Assembly: GCF_009914755.1 (NCBI RefSeq)
Contig: NC_060947.1
Origin: the human T2T-CHM13v2.0 reference genome, Homo sapiens
Strand: one strand, 5' to 3'
DNA: 64,000 nt
The translations under genes were made by a program, and so were the position numbers. The notes under the pieces were generated by a model. The model saw only the letters and a list, made by a program, of their open reading frames with translations, searched no databases and was not told where the DNA came from. Within the stretch, counting starts at the first letter, position 1. Each line of letters starts with the position of its first letter. Shown here in pieces: positions 25,860 through 43,254 of this stretch.

Positions 25860-26965
25860 ATTGTAGTTTTTAAAAAAAGTGGATCCATAATACATGTACA
25901 TATTTATGGGGTACATGTGATATTATGATACATGCATGCAATGTGTAATGATCAAATCAGGATAATTGGGATATCTATCATCTCAAACATTTCTTATTTC
26001 TTTGTGTTGCGAACATTTTACATCTTCTAATCATTTTCAAATATACAACAAATTATTAACTATAGTCACCTGACTGTGATATTGAACTTATTCCTTCTAT
26101 CTGACTATATTCTTGGACCAGGCACACTGGCTCACTCCTGTAATCCCAGTGCTTTGGGGCTGACACAGGAGGATCACTTGAGGCCAGGAGTTTGAGACCA
26201 GTCTGGGCAACATAGCAAGACCCCATCCCTACAAAAAATCAAAAAATTAGCCAGACATGATAGTCCTAGCTACATATCTGTAGTCCTAGCTCCTCAGGAG
26301 GCTGAGGTGGGAGTATCACTTGAGTTCAGGAGTCTGAGGCTGCAGTGAGCTATGATTGTGCCACTGCACTCCAGACTGGGCAACAGAGTGATGTCTTTAA
26401 AAAAAATAAAATAAATTTTTAAAAAATAAATTTAAAATAAAATAAAATAATTTAACTGTATTTTTGTACCAATTGACCAGCCTTTCTTCATGCTCGCCTT
26501 CCCCCACTCTTCTCAGCCTTGTCACCACCATTCTATTCACCAGCTCCAATTAATTTTTTAAGTTCCCACATATGAGTGAGACCATGAAATATTTATCTTT
26601 CTGTGCCTGGTTTATTTCACTTAACATAATGTTTTCCAGTTCCATCCATGTTGCTGCAAATGACTGGATTTCATTCTTCTTGTGGCTGAATAGTATTCTA
26701 TTGTGTACACATACCAGATTTTCTTTATCCTTTCATCTGTTGATAGGCACTTAGGTTGATTCAATATCTAGACTATTGTGAATAGGGCTACAATAAACAT
26801 GGAAGTGCAGACATTTCTTCAATATGCTGATTTTCTTTCTTTTGGGTATCTACCTAGCAATGGGGTTGCTGGATCATGTGGTAGTTCTATCTTTAGTTTT
26901 TTTGAGGAATCTACATACTGTTTTCCAGAGTGGCTATACTAATTTACATTCCTCCCAACAGTGTA
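25860..26965 (-). mobile_element. L1MA-like 3' fragment interrupted by an AluJ
   Basis: catatttatggggtacatgtgatatt...; ttccatccatgttgctgcaaatgac...; aatttacattcctcccaacagtgta. Confidence 0.9.
26116..26449 (+). mobile_element. AluJ
   Basis: ggatcacttgaggccaggagtttgagacc; tgaggctgcagtgagctatgatt; A-rich tail; degenerate TSD; no CpG left. Confidence 0.92.
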
Positions 26966-27904
26966 TGCACTTACTCAGTTTTCTTATCCTTCAGCGGATG
27001 TTTCTGAGCCTCATCTCTTGAATGAATAAGTTTCATCATGCCCACTTCTGCTACATGTAGAACTCATAGAAAAAGACAAAGTATCTCAAAGATGCTAACA
27101 GTGAGACTTAGGCCTTCCAAAAGATCTTCCACATTGGAGTAGAAAACAGACACAATGTTTTCCCTGCCTTAGTTTTCATTTCCTCATAACATGGAAATAA
27201 TTCCATCTGTAGCTGTACCTAGAATAGACGAAATTATGGTGCCCCGTTGCTTGTGGCCTAATTAAAGTAGACGAAGAAAAGAGAAGTAAGCATCAATGCA
27301 AGCTGAAACCTGAAATTCAACAGTCCAAAGGTCACACAATGGCACAGACTAACAATAAGCAACAAAGTGCGTATATAATCTGTGTCACAGTAGTGATTAT
27401 AACTAAGTGGTGAGAGAGAATGAAAAAATCTGCTTAGGACAAGTCTCAGAATTGGCATTCTGTCTTCGGAAGCTCTTTAATAACTGACCTCTCTCTTGGG
27501 TAGCAGAGCGGACCTTCCTTTTTCCTTTTGCCTTGGGCTCTGCCTCCCCTCCAGTCCTTTCATCCTCTTGACTGTCACCTCCCTAATAGCCACACTGGCT
27601 GGTTTCCTATGAGCCAAAGCTTCCAAATGTCCTTCGGTGCTGGAGAATAAAGCATTTGACACAGACACACGTTGTTTGTGTTTCCTGGGCTGCTAATAAT
27701 AAAAGTTGCCATCTTGTTGTCCTCAAATATAAACTAAAACTATCTGCCAGTAGTATTTGTGTTTGTCTTTCAGACAATACAGTTTTTCTCCCTGCATTGT
27801 TCATCAACTCTTTGTGTGTTTTCTCTGCAAGAAAAATATTTTCTAGAACTGAAAGTTGTCAGCTTGTTCTGATTTCTATTACCACATATTAATTTGCAAG
27901 TTCT

Positions 27905-28370
27905 ACAACTTCATATAAATGAAATTATGCAATATGTATTCTCTGTGTCTGGTATCTTTCCCTGAGCATGTTTGTGAGACTTATTCATGTTATTGTTTGT
28001 ATCAGTAATTCTTTTTTTATCGCTAAGTATTATTCTATTGTATGAATATACCACAGTTTGCTTATCTGATCTGTAGATAGATATTTCATTTATTTCCAAT
28101 TTGGGGCTATTAAAGATGAAATTGTTGTAAACATTCTTATACATGGCTTTTTGTGGACATATGTTTTCATTTCTCTTAAGTAAATACCTAGAAGTAGAAA
28201 TTTTGGGTTATAGAGTGGGTGTACGTTTAACTTTGTAGGAAACTGACAAATAGATTTCCAAAGTGAGTATATTATTTTACACTCACACCAGCAATGGGAC
28301 TTCTGGTTGTTCCACATCCTCACCAACATTTTTTTTTTCTGAAAGTCTTTAAAATTCTAGCTATTCTAGT
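27905..28370 (-). mobile_element. Old L1 (L1MC/ME-like) fragment
   Basis: The minus-strand translation resembles the L1 ORF2 end (LLGIYLREMKTYVHKKPCIRMF...LIAPNWK). Confidence 0.85.
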
Positions 28371-28499
28371 GGAGTTTTATAGCATTTTAAAGTTTTCTGA
28401 TTGTCCACAGCAGTAAGAATGCTAGATTCAATTCTTATATTTTTTTGTTGGCCAGTAAGCAAAACTAGAAAAGGTACAATTTTTTCTTTAAAATTGCAC

Positions 28500-29820
<1,321 letters not shown>

Positions 29821-30342
29821 TTAAATATTTTTTTAAACTAGCAAAGATTACAGTAGATATATTGAGAATTAAAAATCAGGCAGTAAGGAATTAGTCCCTT
29901 AAAATATGTAACCCTCAGAATGCTTAAGTGTTATAATTCTCCCCTCAAAATGGTAATTATTTATTTGCTTCCTAAATTGGGATGGAAAATATTCTGAATG
30001 GATGCTGCGTAGTTTGTAAACCATTGCCCAGAGACCTGGTTCTTAGGATATTTTCAAGATGGCTTATTATCTCTGATATGTCATGACCTCATTTGGAAGG
30101 ATTAGAAGCTCTTCAAGGCCATTAACATTTTAATATTGGATTAGAGCCTTCAAATTAACTCATTTTTTTCTGGTCACTTGGTTTCACCAATATAAATTTG
30201 GAGAAAATTACATTATAAACCATGCTTATGAGCTATAACCATAATATTGAGATGCCAAGCCTGCAAGAAAATGGTAACCTATTCAAGCATCCTGGCCAGA
30301 AAATATGGTTTGCAGCACCATGGTACGATGGTCATCCAGGTT

Positions 30343-30363
30343 TGTGTGTGTGTGTGTGTGTGT
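30343..30363. repeat. (TG)n microsatellite
   Basis: About 10 TG units. Confidence 0.9.
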
Positions 30364-31790
30364 TTCTGTAGTCTGGCTTAATTTCCTTTTATAACCAATG
30401 TTTCGCAATTTAAAAAATATTTTTGTTCCTGTTGTCTTAGGTCTAAATAGGAGCAAAAACAATCTTTAAAACTTTACTCAATTTTTTTTAGATATCATTT
30501 CCCACACTTTCCCTTATATTACATTAATGCCAATGCAAAAGAAACACACTGATTGGAGGGTGGAGTAGTAGGGGGAAGAGGCAAGAACAGAAATCTTATT
30601 GGAGTAGCAAGAAGCCTTTTGAGGGACTAAAATGACAACAAAGAGATTATGATTTATAAATTATAATAATACTCATATTTAGCAAACTCAACCATAGTAT
30701 CAACACGAAACTGAATAAGTTTCATTTTTCCATAGAGGAAAGACTAAGGGCAAAATAAACTACATGCATAATGAAATTTCAAAATGCCTTTATAAGAATG
30801 TAAATTTTCCTTTTTTGTCACTATGATGGCCAATTCTGCTCATATTAGAGTGTTCACTCAAGTTTACCATGTAAATCCTTCCTTTGGAGTACATGTGATA
30901 GTAAGCAAAGCAGTTTCAGAACATGCTTGATAAGTTCTTACTGTACTGGATAATGTAAGGTCTAGTGATGAAATATTTATTTGGTAGGAACAATTCTTCC
31001 TCCATTTGATAAATATGTTCTCCTTTGACTTCTGAGAGTGAATCTATAACACTTTTTTCCTGGGGATTCCTGACTGAGGAAGACAGTGTTGATATGACTG
31101 GCTGGGGTGCAAATTTAAAATGGCAAATTTTATTCCACAGGAATCACATCCATGTCCCAGGCTTTCCAGATGGGATAGCCAGCCATGCACAATAGGTCCC
31201 AATTTTGGTTACTCTGCTTTGGACATGCTGAGTGAACCCTCACATATCTGGTATAATGCATAAAAGTGAGGCCGCCACTCAGCAGGAGAGAAAAATTGAC
31301 TTGGCCAATCACTGATTTTAAACAGCTGGGTTAAATATTTATTTGCAAAAATGTCCAAAAGTTGGGTAGGGAACAAAAAAACCTTGTATCACAGTACCTC
31401 AAAAAAAATCCCTGTATCACAGAACATCCCTCAAACGCAAAAAGAGTGTGACAACTAACTGAGGGAAGGTTCCTCCCTAGGCAGGCCTTCACCATTTATT
31501 GTGAAATGATTAAGTTTGATTTTAGAACATGTTTTGCTATTAGCAGATTTTTAAATTGCTTTAATTCTTTGCTTTGATTGTTTTGGTGACAGATTCTCAA
31601 GTCATACTTGAAGGAACGTTTGTTGAGGACATTGTGGGACATTGGAGTATAGTGACATGTTATATATTGTCCAAAACCGAGTGGTTTTAAAAGTTTTTAA
31701 TATTTTTTATACTACACATTGTTCAGCTTACAAATGGAGACATTTGTATCAATTATCTGGGATGCCCAAAGGGAACATTTTGTTAGATGA

Positions 31791-32231
31791 TGCTATGATC
31801 TGGATATGGTTTGTCTGTCCCCACAAAATCTCATGTTGAAATTTAGCCCCCAGTTTGGTGGTATTGGGAGGTAGTGCCTCGTGGGAGGCGTTTGGGTCAC
31901 GAGGTAGATCCCTCATGTATAGATTAATGCCCTCTCTTGGGACTGAGTGATTTCTCACTCCATTAGTTCCTGAAAGACCTGGTTGTTAAAAGAGCCTGGC
32001 ACCTTTCCCCTCTCTCTCTCTCTTGCTTCCTCTCTCACCATGTGGTCTCTGCACATGCTGGCTCCTCTTTGCCTTTTGCCAAGAATGGAAGCTTCCTGAA
32101 GCCCTCAACAGATGGAGATGCTCAATCATGAACTTTCCAACCAGCAGAATTGTGAGCTAGTAAACGTTTTTTCTTTCTAAATTGCCTAGCCTCAGGTATT
32201 CCTTGATAGTAATACAAAATGAACTAAGGGA
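31791..32231 (+). mobile_element. MaLR solo LTR (MSTB-like)
   Basis: tgctatg.t.tggatatggtttg...gcctcaggtattcctt.atag...aactaag; perfect 5-bp TSD gatga (31786-31790, 32232-32236). Confidence 0.9.
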
Positions 32232-33501
32232 GATGAGAATGTTACACTAAAGCACAAAGCAGAAATATACTTCCATCCACAGTTTCAAGGGTACACAGAC
32301 TATCACTTTTATATTTTTTTGTACTTTAACTTAATTTCTGACTCCAAATACCCATTCCAACAGGCTAATGGATTACTAAGCCTCTGTACTTCCTGTGGTG
32401 CCCCACCTTCTCCTCAACATTGTATCAGGCTTCTTATGTCTTGGGACAAAATGTTGATTGGAGGCAGGGGTGAGGAGGGCTTAGAATGACCATCTGATTT
32501 TCAGTCATGGCCCATGAAGGCTTCTGCTGAGTCATCCCCTATCTCTAACAACATCTCCACTGGGACAAGGACATAGTTTGCTACTTTCAACTGTAAAATG
32601 CACCATTGAGCCAATCAGCTTTGGGGGCTTGCCAGCAGAACATCCAGGAAGTTATCCCAAGATCCTTAGGTTCACCTTCTTGTTCCATTTCTCAGGGGAA
32701 ATTAATTTCTAGTCTGGGAGAGAAGAAAACCTCTCTTCCCTCTGCTTTTTCAAAACTCTGAAAATGGCTGAAAACACACAAAAACTACTTTTTACCTTCT
32801 TTGATAACCCACGAGGATATCCTCAGAATATCATGGAGACCCTACAAACTTAGTCTTTTGGATAAAGTCAGAAAAGGGATTACTTCTGTTTTTCAGCCCT
32901 TTCCATATATATCATCCCCCAAAAAGAACACACTGCTGTCTGATTGAATAAGCAGAATAGAAGGGAACTTAAAAAGAGAACTTTTATAAGTTAATATGTA
33001 GAAATGTTATCTCTCCAAAATTGTGTGGCTTTATTTTTCCTGGTGTAATTTTAAACATCGAGAGGGTAAAAATCATGTTGTCAAGTCTTTGATGCCCTTT
33101 ATCCACATAGTTAGATCAGTACCTAGAATAGGATACAGTGTCAATAAGTGAAAGGAATAATAAATGAATGTTCTGTCTGTTATGGGAGCTCCAAGCAAAA
33201 GGAAATCACGGCAGAATACAATAGATGAAAGATGCTGCAAGGAAACAAAGGATCCTGATATAGACCACAAATGTCTTTGGCAAGTGGAAAGGAGAGGGGG
33301 GAAACGACATGAGTAAAGGTGCAAAGGGGATAGGATATGTTGTATTCAGGAGTAAGGAGTTTAGGCTGTCTTGAGAAGAAGATGGGATGGAAGCAATAGG
33401 ATATGGTAAACTAGCTTAAGTAGTGTTAGGGAAGCTCAAACTTTCCCTCTGAAGGTCTGAACAGACTGACAATAGACAGATTAATAAAAGAAAAAGCATG
33501 C

Positions 33502-35400
<1,899 letters not shown>

Positions 35401-36279
35401 ATATAAATTTATTAACATACACATGGAAACAGGAGTCCAGCAAATATGAGACAAAAAGGGCCAGATGGTTGAGGCTTAATTATTCTCTTCATAGGGGAGA
35501 GTGAAGTGGGGTGCTGTAGGCAGTTTTAAAGAGGTAGTTCATGATTTTTAGCGAAAAAAAATGGGCCTGGGATACAGACATTATCTTTTAAATTATTTTC
35601 TTCGGAAACTAAAATGGGAAGCTATGGGAAGGTGATGGGTGGAACTGTACTGTGAACAAAGATTGTCTTCTTATGTAGATAAAGTCTCTCAGGTAATCTC
35701 TCAAGACTGCCCTTAGAAGCATAGATGAAAAGTCTATCCAGGTGTGGTGATGACTTTTAGTCTCTTCTCTTCTCCAATGATTAATCATTCCTGGTTATTT
35801 GACAAGATTCCCAAGGAATGGTTCCTAACAGTTGCATTTCTTTTAAAAAATAAGTATCCTTAGTCAGATAAGGAAATACCAGAGTTTCTCCCTGCACTTG
35901 GGAGAGGGAGGAGAGCCTTCCAATTTCTTTTAATTCTAAGTGCTCAGCATGCCAAACCACCATGCTTTGGAGGTATTATTCTTTGTGCCCAAACAGTAGT
36001 AAGATGATATATTTGAATGTGGTTGAAGAACCATAGTAGAACTTTGGACATTTGATCAATAGATACCCATGACTACCACAGTAGGAGATCTTGCTGTGAA
36101 ATGTAAACCCCACATATTTGAGGGCTACAAGTAGAACTTTTGGTGAGAAATGATTATTTCTAATTTCTCTTGATATATCTTAGCTCCATAACAGGTTCTA
36201 ACTTACAATTGAGAAGAGAGGGGATACTCAATAATACTTTGTCAGTTGACTAATTAAGGTGTAAAGGTCTTTAAATTTT

Positions 36280-36420
36280 GTATGAAAACATGGACTCCAG
36301 TCGTAGCTCTGCCACTAACTAGCTACATGATGTTAGGCAAGCCACTTAGTTTTACTTGACCTCAGTTTTCTCAACTGTAAAGTAAAGAGACTGGATTTAA
36401 AAATACTCAACCGTCTTTGG
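36280..36420 (+). mobile_element. MIR fragment
   Basis: agctctgccactaactagcta...taggcaagccactta...cctcagttttctcaactgtaaa. Confidence 0.75.
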
Positions 36421-36672
36421 GCTCCCAAAGCATATAATTGATTACAGCCCAACTAAGGAATCAAGTTGCAAAAGATTTTCTGGAAGAAATGAATCCTCAG
36501 GAGATTTTAAAAAGAAAATAAATATCAACAAGCAAGGATAACAAAAGAATCATTGAATCTTCATTTAATTACAAGGGTAGCACATCAGTGAAATTACATT
36601 GTAAGCTACAAATTCTATTTTCAACAAAAGTAGGGAAACACAAAGCCAGATTGATTCCTAATTGGAGAGAAG

Positions 36673-36675
<3 letters not shown>

Positions 36676-36715
<40 letters not shown>

Positions 36716-36720
36716 TGTGT
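36676..36720. repeat. (TG)n microsatellite, interrupted
   Basis: About 22 TG units with one TA interruption. Confidence 0.95.
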
Positions 36721-37902
36721 ATCTAAAGGCACTCTCCATTCTTACTTCAGAGCAAAGTAAATATGTCCTCAATGACCTGGATTTTCTACTGTGACCTGTA
36801 CTCTAAACTGGGAAGTCAACAGGGACTTAGCAAAAGTTTTAATTTAGCTGAAATCATTCAGAACGTTTGAAATCAATTGAAACCTTCTCCCTGGATGTAA
36901 TTCAGATAATTCTCTGCCCACCATACTTCAGGGTAAGGTAAAGGTGAGGGGAGGTCAAAAAGTCATAGTTTCCAAATTCATCAATAGAACAAATCACTCA
37001 AGACATTTGAGTTAATTTTTCTTGTTGTTTAGATTCCTGTCTTTATTGTAGAGTCTAGAACACAGATCATAGACTTATACCCAACCCTAGATTTTTATCT
37101 TGTTGTACACTATTTTTTATCAATAATAAGGAAGAAAAGGCTATAAATGGAAGTGGAAGAATTTTGAGCTCATCAGAAGTGGTCCTTGGATTTGTTCCTT
37201 CATGTGTAAGATATTCAAAACACTAGAGGATGGGTGTACAATAACTTACAGTGAGCCTGTGTTGACCTTCCATATCTCCCAAAAAGCCTGACATGAAATG
37301 ATGACCTAGAACATTAAGATTGTCTTTCTCAGGAATTTACCCTGGGAGATATGGAATACATTAGTCATTGAAAGGATGTATATAGGAAATGTCAGATAGT
37401 AGGATTCAGGTGATGATGGACCATGGCAAATTAAAATAGCGAGAAAGCAGAAACCGAGTAAGTAAAAGACATGTGTTAAGGAGAAGGCAGAGGAGAATGG
37501 AATAGATTTCCAGAGCAACGCAAAAATGCCATGACAAAGGCCCCCTCGGATATGATGAAAGAAGTGAATTCCTAGAATCACCTTTTACCTCCCATTTCAG
37601 TTCAAACCACCTGGATCCTAACTATAGATGAGCACTTTCCTTGTAACTTGAGAAAGACCTTACTCTTTGAGGCCAAAAGGCTTAGCTAACATAATGAAGA
37701 ATGTTTAATGCCCTATGGCATTTATGTCCAACAATTCAATCCCAGAGATAGGATAAACTTATTAACATCTTGTAAACACCAATGGCAATTCAGTCCAACC
37801 CCCCCATTTTGCAAATGGGAGAACTGAGGGCAAAACAGCAAAATAATATAACCAGTATCATGCTGGTTAATTACTGTCACTTGACTGAGATATAAGTCTT
37901 CT

Positions 37903-38483
37903 TTGGTGGCTGTTTCTAAAATGGCTCCTAGTGATCTCTTCTTCCTACTATTCACGCCTTCCTGTTGTAATCCCCTCTCCTTAAGTGTGGGCTGGACCTA
38001 GTCACTTGCTCCTAATGAGTAGAACATGGCAAAAGTGATACGATGTCACTTCAGTGATTAGGTTGCCAAAGACCATGACTTCCATCTTGCTTGCACTCTC
38101 TCTTTGGTTCTTCTTGCTTGCTCGCTTTGATGAAGCCAGCTGCCATGTTGTGAGCTGCCCTGTGGAAAAGCTCATGTTGCAAGAAATTGAGGGCTGCCTC
38201 TGGTCAACAGCCAGAGAGAAACTGAAGCCCTCAGTCCAACAGCCCGTGAAGAACTGAATATTGTCAACAACCATGTGAGTGAAATTATAAGCCATCAAGC
38301 CTTGAGATGACTGCAGTCCCCGTCAGTACCTTGTTTGTGACCCACTGAGAAACCCTTAGTCAGAAGACTCAACTAAGCCTTGCCCATGTTCCTGACTCAC
38401 AGACTGTGAGAGAATTAATATTTCTGTAAAAAGCTGCTAAGATTTTGGGATAATCTGTTAGGCAGCAAAAGACAAATAATACA
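37903..38483 (+). mobile_element. MLT1-family MaLR LTR
   Basis: aaaatggctcc...gtgtgggctggacctagt.acttgct...tagaa.atggcaaaagtgat...ctaagattttggga.aatctgtta.gcagcaa.aga.aa.taataca. Confidence 0.85.
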
Positions 38484-39074
38484 CACCCAATGCCTAGACT
38501 GGTGCTTTTTGCTCAACAGCGGATTCCTGCAGATTCAGTAGTAGCCATGTTCACCTCTATTTAGTTGGAAGCTGTGCCTGTGATTAACCTTTGATCCCAA
38601 CACCAGGTGTTTTTCACTGCTCACCTTGGCAAGGAAACAATATTAAAATGACATTGGAGCAAGTAAAGCTTGGATGTGAGATTAAAACAAATAGAAACAA
38701 ACCGTTGCTATCTCTAAAGTGAATGCCAGTTTCTGTGATCTGGAAGCACAGACATGAATTATCTACAGCTGCCCCTTAAACATTTCATCAGTAAATGCAC
38801 AGCAACAATCTTGTTCCTGGTGACGTTCCCAGCGAAAACAAACATTTTTGATTGATTTTTTTTCCTCCAATAGAATGAGTTACCCATGTTCTTTGTCAGT
38901 GTGGGCAAACATGCGTGCATATGTATATGGGGAAAGTGCACATCTTTCTCACTTGTTCACTATAAAGAGTTATGGAAATCTAAGATTTGCATTCAGTTTT
39001 TAAAGACTTTGATAGCTAGTCACAGTATAAATTAAGATAATAAAAATTTCTCACGGAGAATAATTTTATCATTT

Positions 39075-39240
39075 TTTATTCATCCACTTATTCATTCACT
39101 TACTTATTCAGCAAATACTTATGATGAATCTACTATGTATCAGGCAATGTTCAAGGTCCAGGAGACCAAACAATGAATAAGATGATAAATTCCCTGACAT
39201 CAAGGATCTTGTGGTCTAGAGGGGAAAGTAGACAAGAAAC
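39075..39240 (-). mobile_element. L2 3' end
   Basis: (attc)n-like tract then ttcagcaaatacttat...ctactatgtatcaggcaatgttc. Confidence 0.7.
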
Positions 39241-39436
39241 AGACTCTTTCTGTTACAAACCTGTAACACATGACCAAAGTAACCATTGAGACTTTAGATT
39301 TCTATAACTTTCCTAAATTTAAACAATCTTACTGAAATTTTACAGACTGTTTTTATCTTTCTAGATGAAATTCTGGATCATACCACATAAGTCATTTTTG
39401 TAACCATGTAGCCATTCTGTCAAAACTAGCCTGAGG

Positions 39437-40050
39437 GGCCCATGTTTGTGGCAGCACTGTTCACAATAGCTAAGATTTGGAAGCAACCTTGTATCCATCA
39501 ACAGATGAACAGATAAAGAAAATGTGGTACATATACACAATGGAGTACTATTCAGCCATAAAAAAGAATGAGATCCTGTTAATTGCAACAACATGGATGG
39601 AACTGGACATCATCATGTTAAGTGAAATAAGTCAGGCACAGAAAGACAAACATCACATGTTATCACTTATTTGTGAGATGTAAAAATCAAAACAATTGAA
39701 CCCATGGAGATAGAGAGTAGAAGGCTAGCTACCAGAAGCTGGGCAGGGTAATGGGGGACTGGCAGGGGGAGGTGGGGACAGTTAATGAGTACAAAAAAAA
39801 GAATGAATAAGACCTAATATTTGATAGCACAACAGGGTGACTATAGTCAATAGTAACTTAATTGTACATTAAAAAATAACTGAAAGAGTGTAACTGGGTT
39901 GTTTGTAACACAAAGGATAAATGCTTGAGAAAGATGGATACTCCATTCTCCATGATGTGATTATGTCACATTGTATGCCTGTATCAAAACATTTCATGTG
40001 CCCCATAAATATATACACTTACTATGTACCCACAAAAATTAAAAATAAAA
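39437..40050 (+). mobile_element. L1MA-like 3' fragment
   Basis: gcagcactgttcacaatagctaagatttggaagcaacc...aatggagtactattcagccataaaaaagaatgag...ctatgtacccacaaaaattaaaaa. Confidence 0.92.
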
Positions 40051-41059
40051 ACGAAAACTAGACTGAAGGGTATGTGGTGCCACCCACTTGAATCTTATCA
40101 GTCCTCTTGCTCCATTTCTGGATATTCTTAACAGAAGGCTAATCTCTAGGCTCCTACCCTTAGACACTAGATCAAAGAGACCTTTCTTGGCCCCCAAGTG
40201 ACTGTGCCATCTACTCACATGTTGGCTCTGCTTTAGTAAAGAACAAATTTGTTTCACCTGACTCTGTTTATTCCAAAAGATCTTTTGAAGTCATGAGTTC
40301 TGGCACAAGTTCAACCAAGGCCTATTCAGATCAAGGTCAATACTTTTGTACGTCTGCCATGCTCTTAGCATCTGCTCCAGTGAGGAGAAACAAGGCGGAA
40401 AAGCCCATGTGAGAGCAATTATAAGATGTAAATTTCCCCCTTATATTGAAGTACTGGTCCACACATAAGTAATTATAAAATTCCTTTTAGCTCCAGAGAA
40501 ATGTCATAAAAAGTAGCATTTAAATAGATGCAGTGAAAAACAAAAGTACTAGTGAGCAAGGCCATTCAAGTCAGCTCCTGGAAGGTTTAAACTTCTTATC
40601 AGCAACAGAATTATGTATGTGTGTCATAGAATGGCTCTTGGGTTTCTCTGTGTCTTTAACATAATTGGTTTCCACAATGTATAAACTTGCTATTGAATGT
40701 TAATATCCAACACTCCACAGGACACTGCTATTTTATTATGGACCCTCAGTTTCTCTGGGTAGACTAAGTCCAGGTACCTTCTGGAGAGCCAACTTCTAGG
40801 TCATTAAGGACATCTGGGGTCTCATTGTTCTCAACTTGATAAGGGTCATTGATGGGACTGATATCAATGCACAAAGAAGGTAGAGAAGGGACCAAATCCT
40901 CTCCTATTTCTGAGGCCAGACCCTGGTCCCAGCATCAGGTGAGGGCTAGTTATGAAATGGTTTCTGAAAACAAAACAATCCATCACAAATACAAAATTCT
41001 TTGATCTGCTTTGTTCTATCCCAAAATTTCATCAAAATTTTGCATGCTGCTCAATAACA

Positions 41060-41740
41060 TCCATACCAGAAACTGTCCAAATCTTAAGTCTACAACACAA
41101 TAAACTGTCACAAACTGGAAGCAACCACGCGATCAGCTCCCAGAACATTACCAGCAGGCCCAAAAGCCCCATTGTGTCCTCTTCCAGTCACTGTCTACTA
41201 CTCCATCCCCACCCCAAGGGTAATCATTATCTTGACTTCTAAGAGCATGGATTTGTTTTGCCTATTTTTGAACCAAATGGAATCATACTCAACAAACTCT
41301 TGTATCTGGCTTGTGTCATTCTACATCATGACTATAAGTTTCATCTGTGTTGTAGTATGTAAGAGTAATAATAGTATTCTGTTGGGTAAACATGTACCAA
41401 TTTATTCTTTCCTCTGTTAATGAACATTTGAATTTCATTCAGTTTGTGCTTATTACTAATATTGCAACTATGAACATTCTTCTGTGCCTTTTGCTGAGCC
41501 AATTTCTGTTGGAAATATATCAAGGATTGAAATTTCGTAAGACAGGCAAATAATCGCTTTTATAATACTGCCAAACCGTTTTCCAAAGTGGTTTTGTCAA
41601 TTTGCATTCCCACCAGCAGTGTATGAGAGTTCCAGTTGCACTAAATCCTTGCCAACATTTGTTATGTTCTGTCTTTTAAAATTTTTAGCCAATGTGATGT
41701 GCATATAGTAGTCTATGATTATTTTAATATGAAAGTAATG
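41060..41740 (-). mobile_element. Old L1ME-like fragment
   Basis: ttttccaaagtggtt...aatttgcattcccaccagcagtgtatgagagttccagttgc. Confidence 0.8.
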
Positions 41741-42269
41741 ACTCTCCCCCAACCTTTGAATGAAATTGAACCCTCCGGCAACATGCCACATTTATACTCT
41801 TCATTTCTGTATTTCCTGACATGACATCCTGTATGTGTCTTTCTCCCTGTGTGAGACTGAAGCATGTTGAGTGGCAAGCATAAGTTTTGGGGTCCAGCAG
41901 AGTTTTCAAACTCTGTCACTCATGCTGTGACACCAAGGTCAACTTACTTCAACTGTTTTATCCTGAATTCCTGTCATCTAAAAATGTAACAAAAATACAT
42001 TGTTTGCAAGATTGTCAAAGGAGTTCAAGTGAGATAATGTAGATAAAACACCTGGTCTGTAATAGTTGCACAATCAATGTCTTTCTTTTTTTCCATTTGG
42101 AGAGAATGAGAAACTCAATGGACTTCAGATAAATCCCCAGTTGTTCTCTGGAGCACCTTGATTCTAAGGAAATAGTACAATTTTTTGTTTCCAACATACC
42201 TTCTTCAGGAATGAGCTCCTGGCTTCTGCCTCTCCATTTTGGCACTTGTTATCTCAAAACACTCTGATA

Positions 42270-43254
42270 CAATTGGCCCTTGAACAACATGGTAGTTAGG
42301 GATCTCAACCCCTATGCAGCTGAAGATCCACGTATAAATTTGACTCCCAAAACGTAACTGCTAATGAACAATTTGCAATTGCAAAATCCTGGAACCAACC
42401 CAAATGCCCATCAATCAATGAGTGGATAAAGAAACTGTGGTATATTTATATGATGGAATGCTACTCAGCCATAAAAAGGAAGGAAATAATGGTATTTGCA
42501 GTGACCTGGATGAGATTGGAGACTATTATTCTAAGTGAAGTAACTCAGGAATGGAAAACCAAACATCACATGTTCTCACTGATATGTGGGAGCTAAGCTA
42601 TGAGGATGCAAAGGCATAAGAATGATACAATGGACTTTGGGGACTTGGGGGGAAGAGTGGGAAAGGGGGCAAGAGATAAAAGACTAAAAATATGGTACAG
42701 TGTATACTGCTCTGGTGGTGGGTGCACCAAAATCTCACAAATCACTACTAAAGAACTTACTCATGTAACCAAACACTACCTGTATGCCAATAACTTATGG
42801 AAAAATTTTAAAAAGTAAAAAAAAACATACTTAACTGCTAGTGGCCTACTATTGACTGGAAGCCTTACTGATAACATAAGCAGTATTAACATGTATTTTG
42901 TATGTTATACATATTAGATGCTGTATTCTTACAATAAAATAAGCTAGAGAAAAGAAAATATTATTAATAAAATCATAAGAAAGAGAAAATATGCATTATT
43001 TACTATTCATTAAGTGGAAGTGGAGCATCATAAATGTCTTTGTCCTCATGTTAACATGTCTTCATGTTAAGTGGCTGAGGAGGAGGAGAAAAAGGAGCGG
43101 TTGGTCTTGCGTCTCAGGAGTGACAGAGGTGGAAGAGGTGGAGAAGGTGAAAGGGGAGGCAGGAGAGGCAGGGCACACTGGTAACTTCTATTGAAAAAAT
43201 CTTCTTATAAGTGGATTCATGCAGTTCAAACCTGTGTTGTTCAAGGATCAATTG
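42270..43254. mobile_element. Tigger2-derived non-autonomous DNA transposon split by an L1
   Basis: TIRs caattggcccttgaacaaca / tgttgttcaaggatcaattg with TA target duplications (42268-42269, 43255-43256). Confidence 0.88.
42367..42828 (+). mobile_element. L1PB-like 3' fragment
   Basis: ggaaccaacccaaatgcccatcaatcaatgagtggataaag...polyA; 15-bp TSD ac(g/t)taactgcta(a/g)tg at 42352-42366 and 42829-42843. Confidence 0.92.

Noticed and set aside
26261-26291. Short internal duplication tagtcctagct in the AluJ, and similar micro-duplications near 31380, 61485 and 62160
   Set aside because: Ordinary slippage events with no functional indication.
32813-32824. 12-bp palindrome gaggatatcctc
   Set aside because: Expected by chance in 64 kb.
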